From positions 1 to 32,202 of the forward strand of contig JAFCCZ010000002.1 of the NCBI GenBank assembly GCA_017609945.1: a stretch of DNA of 32,202 nucleotides, written 5' to 3'. Origin of the DNA: Candidatus Iainarchaeum sp. (GTDB taxonomy: Archaea; Iainarchaeota; Iainarchaeia; Iainarchaeales; GCA-2688035). Shown in pieces: positions 25,732-32,202 of the stretch. The notes beneath the pieces were generated by a model. It did not search any database and had not been told where the DNA came from. It saw only the letters and a program-made list of their open reading frames with translations. The position numbers were made by a program, and so were the translations under genes. Numbering within the stretch: the stretch's first letter is position 1; each line of letters starts with the position of its first letter.

Positions 25732-28317
25732 TTACCCCTTCTTCTTTCCTCTCAGAATAAGTTTCTTTTCCTCTATGAGAACTGTTTCCTTAATTTTTTC
25801 AACAGCGTCAATGTTTGCGCTCACTGAATCAATTCCAAACCTTACAAGGTGCTTTACCATTTCTGGATTGCTTGCCGCCTGCCCGCAAATGCTTGTTTTT
25901 ACCCCGGCCTTCCTGCACTTCCCTATCACATGCTCTATCTCCCTCAGAATTGCCGGGTGCAGTTCAGTGAACCACTTTTGAATTCGCTCGTTGTTCCTGT
26001 CAATCCCAAGAGTCAACTGTGTTAAGTCATTTGTTCCAAAGCTCACAAACTCTATTCCCGCGTCAATGAGCTCGTCAATGCTCCAGACTGCTGCAGGCGT
26101 TTCAATCATTACCCCAAAATCAAAGTTTGCGTCGTCCGGTTCAAGGCCGCACTCCCTCGCAAGGATTTTTGCCTTTTTGTATTCCTCAACGCTTTGCACG
26201 AACGGAATCATCACTCCAATATTAGTAAGCCCTCCATCCCTCAACTCTTTAACCGCCTTGAATTGCGCTTTCAACTGTTCGGGCTCGTCCAAGTCACGCC
26301 TTATTCCGTGCCATCCAAGCATTGGGTTGTCCTCTTCCGGTTCGTTTGAGCCGCCTTCAAGCGCCCTGAACTCGTCTGTTCTGGCATCAAAGGTCCTGAA
26401 CCACACCGGCTTTCCGGCAAATTTCTCTGCAACAGTCCTAATGCCTTTCTTGATTGCTTCCTTCAGCTCCTCTGTTTTCCCCTGTCTTACAAATTCCGCC
26501 GGGTGCATCCCCTCTGACGTAATCATGTGCTCTGCCCTCAACAACCCAACTCCCTCGGCTTTTGTTGCGGCGGCCTTTCCCGCTGCCTCCGGCAGTGCAA
26601 CATTTACTTTTACCTTTGGCGCTACCTCTTTCAGAAGCTCAATTAGCTCGTTTTTCTCTGTCTCAAGCTCTTTTTCGGGCATTTCCCCTGCTTCCACTCC
26701 AGAGTATTTTTCAACAACCTGCTCTACGTCCTCCTTTGCCCTTTCAACGATTTCTTCCCTTTCCTCTGCAACCCTTTCAGCAAGCTCTTCCCCCGCCTTT
26801 TCCTCAACCTCTTTCTTTTCCTCTGCCCACGCAATCCCAATGTCCTGCTTTTCCTCTTCTCCCGAGGAAAGTTCTTCCGAGAGAACCTTTTCAATCCTGT
26901 CAACGTCCTGCTTTTCAATAATCGGTTTTTTTCCCTCTTTAGGGAGTTCTATTTCAACTTTTCCCCTGTAAACCAGCCCGTCAAACCCGTTTACCGTTAT
27001 CTCGTCTCCGTCCTCAAGCGTATCAGTTCCCTTTACTGTTCCCACCACACAAGGAATTCCCAATTCCCTGCTTACTATTGCAGCATGGCATGTGCTGCCT
27101 CCCTCGTTTGTAATTATTGCCAGGGCCTTCTTCATTGTTGGAACCCAGTCCGGCGAGGTCATTTTTGTCACAATAATGTCGCCCTGCTGGACTTTTGAAA
27201 TTTCGTCAATTGAGGGAATTACTTTCACCTTTCCGTTAACCAGGCCTGGTGAGGCAGGCAGGCCCTTCAAAATTACCTTGTCCTCAAACTTTTTTACCTG
27301 CTCTTCCCTCATCTTTTTAGCTTCGTCCTTTTCCTTTAGCCCAAGTGTTGTGATCCCCCTGCTTTGTACTATGAACATTTCCTTTCCCTCAAGGGCCCAC
27401 TCTATGTCCTGCGGCGCCTTGTAGTGGGTTTCAATCTGCTTTCCAATCTTTGCCAAATCAATTATTTCCTTGTCAGGGAGCTTCTGCTTTTTTGCGGTAG
27501 CGCTTGAAAGCGTTTCCTTAACATTTTCCTTTCCCTGCCTCACAATCCTGAACTCCTGCGAGGTAATCCTCTTGTCAAGCAGCTTCATGCTTCCCTTGTC
27601 CACAGTGTATCTATCGGGAGTAATGCTTCCCGAAACAACCGATTCGCCCAATCCAAACGCTGCCTCAATAATAATTTCTGATTCGTTCCCTGTCGGTGAG
27701 GCAGTAAACATCACCCCTGCAACCGTGCTGTTCACCATCTTCTGCACCACGACCGCGATGCCTACCTGCTCTGTTTCAAACCCCTGCTTTTTCCTGTAGT
27801 AAACCGCCCTTGCAGTAAAGAGTGAGGCCCAGCAGTTCTGCACTGCCTTAACAAGGGGTTCCCTGCCCTTTATGTTCAGGTATGTTTCCTGCTGTCCCGC
27901 AAAGCTTGCCTCCGGCAAATCTTCTGCGGTTGCGCTACTTCTCACCGCAACAAAGCATTCCTCGCTGCTTGTGAGCCAAGCCAGCTTTTTTTCGCCAAGC
28001 TTGCAGTACGCAATCTTTATCTCATCGGCAAGCTCTCCTGACATCGGCGTGTTTTTGATTAGCTCCCTTACCTCTGCAGTTACCTTGTGCAGCTGTTCGG
28101 AGTTTTCAACGTCTATTGCGTCAATTGCCTTGATTATTTTGCGCTTGATTCCACTTTCGTCCAAATAGTTGAAGTATGCCTGTGCCGTAACGCAGAATCC
28201 CGGCGGGATGGGAAAGTTTGCCGCAGTCATTTCCCCCAAATTTGCGCCCTTCCCGCCAACCTTTGGAATGTCCTTCTTCCGGATGTTTCTGAACCATAGA
28301 ATGTTGTCTTCAAACAT
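25732..28317 (-). CDS. ppsA: phosphoenolpyruvate synthase (pyruvate, water dikinase) with an enlarged acidic inter-domain linker
   Basis: VGGKGANLGEM, the swivel-domain catalytic His in GGSTCHAAIVSRELGIP, and the C-terminal PEP-utilising barrel (GTNDLTQ, SICGQ). 861 aa. Confidence 0.9.
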   Translation of the reverse strand: MFEDNILWFRNIRKKDIPKVGGKGANLGEMTAANFPIPPGFCVTAQAYFNYLDESGIKRKIIKAIDAIDVENSEQLHKVTAEVRELIKNTPMSGELADEIKIAYCKLGEKKLAWLTSSEECFVAVRSSATAEDLPEASFAGQQETYLNIKGREPLVKAVQNCWASLFTARAVYYRKKQGFETEQVGIAVVVQKMVNSTVAGVMFTASPTGNESEIIIEAAFGLGESVVSGSITPDRYTVDKGSMKLLDKRITSQEFRIVRQGKENVKETLSSATAKKQKLPDKEIIDLAKIGKQIETHYKAPQDIEWALEGKEMFIVQSRGITTLGLKEKDEAKKMREEQVKKFEDKVILKGLPASPGLVNGKVKVIPSIDEISKVQQGDIIVTKMTSPDWVPTMKKALAIITNEGGSTCHAAIVSRELGIPCVVGTVKGTDTLEDGDEITVNGFDGLVYRGKVEIELPKEGKKPIIEKQDVDRIEKVLSEELSSGEEEKQDIGIAWAEEKKEVEEKAGEELAERVAEEREEIVERAKEDVEQVVEKYSGVEAGEMPEKELETEKNELIELLKEVAPKVKVNVALPEAAGKAAATKAEGVGLLRAEHMITSEGMHPAEFVRQGKTEELKEAIKKGIRTVAEKFAGKPVWFRTFDARTDEFRALEGGSNEPEEDNPMLGWHGIRRDLDEPEQLKAQFKAVKELRDGGLTNIGVMIPFVQSVEEYKKAKILARECGLEPDDANFDFGVMIETPAAVWSIDELIDAGIEFVSFGTNDLTQLTLGIDRNNERIQKWFTELHPAILREIEHVIGKCRKAGVKTSICGQAASNPEMVKHLVRFGIDSVSANIDAVEKIKETVLIEEKKLILRGKKKG

Positions 28318-28418
28318 TTCAATAAAGAAAAAGTACTTTGTTATTTAATAAACTACTGTATAACTCCAGTTTTTTCCAGAGCGCTAATTCAAAAAACAGT
28401 TTTTGCCGCAGGCAGGGG

Positions 28419-29165
28419 CTACTTTTTGCCCTCTTCCTTTTTTCCGGCGCCTTCTTTGCCTGGCTTCTCTTCGCCCTTCTTCTCTCCGCCTTCCTTGGCT
28501 TTGTCCCCTTCCGTCTTTTCCTCTTCCTTGCCTTCGGTGCCTTCCTTGCCCTCTTCCTTCTTCTCTTCGCCCTCTTTCTCCTCTTCCTTCTTTTCAACCT
28601 TTGCTTCCCTGACCTTCTTTGGCTTGGTTCCAATGCTTTCAACGTCTGTTCCAATCCCAACCTTTACATCACAGGTAAATCTTGACTTTGCCCTCATCAA
28701 AGCCTTTTTCGCAACCTCAATATTGGGCTCGTCAACCAGCACGCTAATTACTTTCTGCCCCGGTCTTACCCTCACCGCCCTGCCAATCGGCTTTCCGTAC
28801 GCTTTTGACATGCCTGTCTGGATTCTGTCAGCGTGCGCGCCCTGCGCCTGCTTGTTCTCGCGCAGTATCTGGAATGGGTAAACCCTTATTTTCATGAAGT
28901 AATTTTCCTTCCCAATGTGGTTGTGCAAATACCTGTTGATTGCAATTCTTGCCGACTCCATGCTGTTGTCCCTCAACTGCACGTGCTCCTGAACCTTCAA
29001 ATCCAGAATGTGGGTAAACTTCTTTAGGGGGTTCCCCATATTAAACTGCCTTGTTTTAAGGCCTGGCACAGCTCCGATATAATTTCTCCTGTGCACTCTC
29101 ACGGCCACCCTTGTGAACGCCCTGTCCTTTTTGGTCCTGTAGCATCTGCCTGGCCTTAAACCCAT
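28419..29165 (-). CDS. rpl10e: 50S ribosomal protein L10e (uL16) with a roughly 69-aa K/E/G-rich C-terminal tail
   Basis: MGLRPGRCYR start and a core collinear with L10e to about residue 180. A low-complexity tail follows: KVEKKEEEKEGEEKKEEGKEG... Confidence 0.9.
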   Translation of the reverse strand: MGLRPGRCYRTKKDRAFTRVAVRVHRRNYIGAVPGLKTRQFNMGNPLKKFTHILDLKVQEHVQLRDNSMESARIAINRYLHNHIGKENYFMKIRVYPFQILRENKQAQGAHADRIQTGMSKAYGKPIGRAVRVRPGQKVISVLVDEPNIEVAKKALMRAKSRFTCDVKVGIGTDVESIGTKPKKVREAKVEKKEEEKEGEEKKEEGKEGTEGKEEEKTEGDKAKEGGEKKGEEKPGKEGAGKKEEGKK

Positions 29166-29342
29166 ATACACCACTGTTTAGTTCGAAAAACCCGTAAAAT
29201 CAGGTATTTTACTGTACTATTAGGGGGATGTGAATCTTTAAAAAGCTTGTTAAGCGAACCTTTCCCAAAACCTGCCAAAACCCAACTCCTGCTGCTTTCC
29301 TTTGCCCTGTTCTTTTGGGACCAATTGCACTGTACGGCAACC

Positions 29343-29350
29343 ATTAAATA
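29343..29350 (+). promoter_or_regulatory. TATA box ATTAAATA positioned for a leaderless transcript starting near ATG 29367
   Basis: Read directly. The TATA centre to ATG distance is about 20-25 nt. Confidence 0.4.
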
Positions 29351-29366
29351 CTAAAAATTCCCCTCT

Positions 29367-30537
29367 ATGTCTAATAAGGCAAAAGATTAAGTCTGCGGCA
29401 AATAAAGCCAAGTGCAAGGGCCTTGGGTGTCTGCGCTATATTAAGGGAGGAGCCCAATCCGGATTGGAGTATTTAAGGACCTATGGCTGGTCTTTAATTG
29501 TTGTTGCTGTGGTTATTGGTGTTGTGATTTTTGTTACTTCCGGGTCTAGCGGGGGTGTGGTTTGCAAGAGTCAGAGTTCGCAGTTGGTTTTGAAGGAAAT
29601 GACTTTTTCTGCGGGGGATGATTCGGTTGGTTTTACTTTGTAGAATGCTTCCGGGAACACTTTAACGGTTGAGTCTGATTGTGTTTCCTCAAGTGACGGG
29701 GTCAACATTAAGGAGGGAGACGGTCCTGATACTGTTTGTTCTCCGGCCAGTGTTGGTGTTGGCGAGACTTTTGTTGTTCAGAACTTGGATTCTGATGCTT
29801 CCGGGAATTTTTCTGAGGGCAGTGTTACTGTGGATTTTTCTACCGCCGGTGGTTTGTCGGCGAGTGCTACGATTTCTTGTTCTGGGACGGTCCCTGTTGC
29901 GCTTGTTGTCGCCGCTACCCAAATCAACTCCCTCCCGTATACAATATCAGAATCTGGTGAATACACCCTTGCACAGAGTTTCACAGACGCTTGTTATGCC
30001 ATGGGTGTTCTTACAATTGAAGCCGATGACGTGACTTTGGATTGCGAAAACAAGCAAATTGCAGGTGGTACCCCAGGGACAGTGAGCCAAACAATAGATA
30101 TACAAAATTCAAGCAATGTAACAGTGCAAAACTGTAACATAAATACCAGTGGAACCGGCGCAGCTATTAATCTCACTCTAAGTTCAGGTTCAACTATAAG
30201 TTCAAATACCATTGCAGATGGGGCGTATGGAATCTATCTTGACTTTGGGTCCACTAACAACACCATTTCAAGCAATACTATTGACGGGGTGCTGCAATCC
30301 GCAATCTATTTAGATGCAGCAGAGAACAACAACATAACTGGAAACAATTTAATGGACAACGAGTATGGAATCCGTTTCAATGGTGGCGGAGGCGGAACCT
30401 TAACAAACAACGAAGTCTGTGGCCTCTCTGGGGATATTGAGTGCGCGTCTCTTTCACTTCCATTAATAGACGGCGGTGGCAACATTGCAAACAGCGTTTC
30501 CGGAGCTTGTGGCATAGTCGCCAGCGCTTGTGACTAA
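29367..30537 (+). pseudogene. class III (type IV pilin-like) signal-peptide protein fused to right-handed beta-helix (PbH1/NosD-like) repeats; frame broken twice
   Basis: KGGAQSGLEYL followed by a hydrophobic helix resembles an archaeal prepilin signal. NVTVQNCNI / STISSNTI / NNTISSNTI / NNNITGNNL are beta-helix repeats. One frame is open from 29368 to 30537 except for a TAG at 29641-29643. The only ATG (29367) is one frame off and stops after 7 codons. Confidence 0.5.
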
Positions 30538-30553
30538 CTTTTTCCAGAACAAG

Positions 30554-30567
30554 AAAAGCGGGGTGAG
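30554..30567 (-). repeat. third copy (14 nt) of the tRNA-Cys 3' end plus trailer
   Basis: Plus strand AAAAGCGGGGTGAG is identical to 31781-31794. Confidence 0.8.
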
Positions 30568-30591
30568 TATTCCCAACTCATAGTAATTTAC

Positions 30592-31653
30592 CTACTCTAA
30601 GATATGTAGCTTGTTTTTTTCGGCGTCAAACAAATGGCCCTTGTAGCTAATTAGAAATCCAATCTTATTTAACGTGCAGTTCCATTCCGGCACTTGCCAG
30701 GCGCTTCCATTGTATACAACCGCTTGGGCTTCATCCTCGCCCATCATGGAGCAGGGCCAGCTTGTGTAAAAGTATAACTTCCCGTCGTGTACCTCAAGTT
30801 CGGGGAAGTGGGGAATTCTTAGTTTGTCAAGAGGCAAAGACCCCCTTATCTCCTTTAATTCTGACCCGTCAAAGGAGTAAATCCCAAACCCGTCTGACAG
30901 GACTAGCTCGCCGTCAAACACTTCCATATCAATTACCCAATGTGCTGTTTTTCCAATTGGAATCCAGGCGTCTCCTTCCAGCACAAAGATGAATTCATCG
31001 CACCCTGAGAAGGAAGCGTAGAGCTTTCCGTTATATTCCTCCATTGCTTTAAGGCCGGTGTAATCTGCAACCTCGTCCCTGTACTCACAGGGGTTGGAGA
31101 ACTCGGACAAAACACTTCCGTCAAAAACGTAGTGTGTGCCATTGTTGTGCTCTGTCCCGATGTACAATTTTCCCTTGTTAGCTTTCACACTTTCCAAGCG
31201 TGAGCCGAATTTGTTTTCAATTGCAACCACTTTTTCAGGCTCAAAGTTTTCATTGAATACGCAGAGGCCATCACACCCAAGCCCGTATATTCTATTGTTG
31301 TAAATTTCATTAAACTCGCCGCCGCCATTATGCACTTCCCAATTTTTTCCATCAAAGCAGTGCGTCGTATAGATTCGTTGCCCTCCACCTGCGGGTTTTT
31401 TTGCGGGAAAACAAAGCTTGTCGTTATAAACAATCGCAGAATCCGCTTCCCACCTGAACATGCTTACTGGTTCTATTCCTTCATTGAAATCGTAAAATTC
31501 CCCAACCGGTATTTCCATCCCTGGCTTTTCTTCTGGGCCAGCAGCGTCCGACCCATCTTCCGGAATATCGTTTCCTGTCCCCTGTTCGGAAACACAACCG
31601 CTTAAAGCAACCGCAGTAAAGAGCAAGCAGATTGCAAGAATTTCTCTTTTCAT
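30592..31653 (-). CDS. secreted lipoprotein with Kelch-like beta-propeller repeats
   Basis: ATG at 31653. Signal plus lipobox MKREILAICLLFTAVALSGC. Recurring blades of type NNRIYGLG, KGKLYIGTE, NGKLYASFSG, DGELVLSDG, DGKLYFYTS and KGHLFDAE. Confidence 0.6.
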   Translation of the reverse strand: MKREILAICLLFTAVALSGCVSEQGTGNDIPEDGSDAAGPEEKPGMEIPVGEFYDFNEGIEPVSMFRWEADSAIVYNDKLCFPAKKPAGGGQRIYTTHCFDGKNWEVHNGGGEFNEIYNNRIYGLGCDGLCVFNENFEPEKVVAIENKFGSRLESVKANKGKLYIGTEHNNGTHYVFDGSVLSEFSNPCEYRDEVADYTGLKAMEEYNGKLYASFSGCDEFIFVLEGDAWIPIGKTAHWVIDMEVFDGELVLSDGFGIYSFDGSELKEIRGSLPLDKLRIPHFPELEVHDGKLYFYTSWPCSMMGEDEAQAVVYNGSAWQVPEWNCTLNKIGFLISYKGHLFDAEKNKLHILE

Positions 31654-31693
31654 CACTATAACTTTATTTAAACTAGAATAAAAGAATTTTGGT

Positions 31694-31713
31694 AGCGGGG
31701 TGAGGGAGCCGAA
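31694..31713 (-). repeat. second, partly degenerate copy (T-loop to 3' end) of tRNA-Cys
   Basis: AGCGGGGTGAGGGAG (15 nt) is identical to 31784-31798. The match then continues with 2 mismatches before GAA. On the minus strand TTCGGCTCCCTCACCCCGCT compares with TTCAACTCCCTCACCCCGCT in the tRNA. Confidence 0.8.
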
Positions 31714-31780
31714 GGCCATTTCGCATGGCCGCCGCGGGACGGTCAATCCCAACAGCCTGCTTCACTTCGTTCAGCAGGCT
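31714..31780 (-). other. three consecutive hairpins between tRNA-Cys and its partial copy (candidate structured RNA or recombination-site remnant)
   Basis: Minus strand: AGCCTGCT-N11-AGCAGGCT (31754-31780), GGGAT-N5-GTCCC (31736-31750) and GGCCAT-GCGAA-ATGGCC (31714-31730). Confidence 0.3.
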
Positions 31781-31783
31781 AAA

Positions 31784-31854
31784 AGCGGGGTGAGGGAGTT
31801 GAACCCCCTTCCTCTGCTCTGCAGGCAGGCGCATAACCGTTCTGCCAACCCCGC
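31784..31854 (-). tRNA. tRNA-Cys (anticodon GCA), 71 nt, CCA not encoded
   Basis: Folded by hand. Acceptor GCGGGGT/ACCCCGC. D-arm GCAG..ATGC with a G13-A22 mismatch and GG in the loop. Anticodon loop CTGCAGA. T-arm GGGGG-TTCAACT-CCCTC. Discriminator U73, a known tRNA-Cys identity element. One C-A mismatch at 27-43. TTTT follows. Confidence 0.8.
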
Positions 31855-31965
31855 GCACCTTTTGAAGCACTCGCTTCGCTCGCTTTCAAAAGCTGCACCA
31901 AAAGTGCCCGCTTCCAAAAAGTTCACAAAAAGATTGTTCCCAGCAAGTGTTTTTATTTGTTCCTC

Positions 31966-32202
31966 CTAGAACAATTCTGTGCTTATATACCTATTGGCCG
32001 AGTCTGGCAAAACAGTTGCAACTGTTCCATTGAATCTCTTTGCTGCCGCATAGTTTGCCCCGCTACTTGGTCCAACGAACAAACCAAAGCTCTTGGCAAG
32101 GCTTTTTGCTGCATCAAAGGCTTCATCGTTTGCAACCGTTACAATATCATCTATGACTTCCTCATCGATTATTTCTTTGGAGTAGTAGCACCCTATGCCT
32201 TC
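31966..32202 (-). CDS. cysteine synthase / O-acetylserine sulfhydrylase family PLP enzyme, C-terminal fragment (5' end outside the window)
   Basis: Minus-strand translation ...VANDEAFDAAKSLAKSFGLFVGPSSGANYAAAKRF...VLPDSANRYISTELF* matches the conserved CysK/CysM C-terminus (G.SSGA, PD.G.RYLST). Confidence 0.7.
   Translation of the reverse strand, partial: EGIGCYYSKEIIDEEVIDDIVTVANDEAFDAAKSLAKSFGLFVGPSSGANYAAAKRFNGTVATVLPDSANRYISTELF

Noticed and set aside
26623-26955. PpsA insertion as a possible intein (PEP synthase inteins exist in some archaea)
   Set aside because: It has no Cys/Ser/Thr at a plausible N-junction, no His-Asn C-junction and no endonuclease motifs. The segment is simply acidic, helical and of low complexity.
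25991-26971. Long antisense ORFs (for example 25991-26971, 7249-7938, 3214-3885, 8033-8632, 591-1103, 2345-2914)
   Set aside because: Each lies wholly opposite a confidently identified conserved gene. They have low-complexity S/F/L-rich translations and no start signals, which is the typical stop-codon-poor antisense frame.
28319-28660. 113-aa R/K-rich ORF and three plus-strand ORFs overlapping the L10e tail region
   Set aside because: They are alternative frames of the GAA/AAG-rich low-complexity DNA encoding the L10e tail. They have no independent expression signals. The only caveat is a possible frameshift error, which is covered in the L10e finding.
29641-29643. In-frame TAG as pyrrolysine or a reassigned codon
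   Set aside because: TAG terminates several well-defined genes in this window, and no pyl genes are seen here. Genome-wide data would be needed, so I keep it only as a low-probability alternative.
31673-31969. ORFs 31673-31870 (-) and 31700-31969 (+)
   Set aside because: They overlap the tRNA-Cys gene, its repeats and the hairpin region. The translations are Arg/Pro/Ala-rich with no coding features.

Overview
This is a gene-dense archaeal chromosomal segment. The evidence is TTTAAATA-type TATA boxes, GGAGGT Shine-Dalgarno sites and archaea-specific genes. The small proteins with odd extensions suggest an uncultivated, possibly DPANN-like lineage, but that is inference only.

Left third: a PCNA C-terminal fragment, a 2-TM K+ channel, an OPT transporter and a CoaW-like pantothenate kinase. 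These are followed by a replication/translation supercluster: PCNA, PriL, small membrane ORF, K/R-rich tandem-repeat protein, PriS, GINS, S27e, aIF2-alpha and PAC2. Endonuclease Q lies convergent to this cluster.

Middle: the AmmeMemoRadiSam radical-SAM enzyme, two small membrane proteins and a wHTH protein preceded by a perfect palindrome. Next comes a 1012-aa S-layer protein with a strong promoter and terminator, then a membrane-anchored unknown, a flippase-like protein and a GT4 (AglH-like) transferase.

Right third: an aRF1-TruD-GT4 operon, UMP kinase, Dph2-PpsA and L10e. Beyond these lie a disrupted pilin-like beta-helix gene, a beta-propeller lipoprotein, tRNA-Cys and a cysteine-synthase fragment.

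I see no CRISPR array, rRNA, transposase, integrase or recognisable defence system, and I cannot defend a novel multi-gene system here. The observations most worth follow-up are:
1. A 499-aa LAGLIDADG intein, carrying an XRE-like HTH, inserted exactly after the catalytic GGQ of aRF1.
2. A 123-aa K/R-rich protein built from near-identical 60-bp repeats, sitting between priL and priS under a consensus promoter.
3. Three direct copies of the tRNA-Cys 3' end bracketing a 1.2-kb lipoprotein segment and a three-hairpin element.
4. A pilin-like beta-helix gene interrupted by one in-frame TAG and offset by one frame from its likely leaderless ATG.
5. Two PCNA paralogues 3 kb apart.
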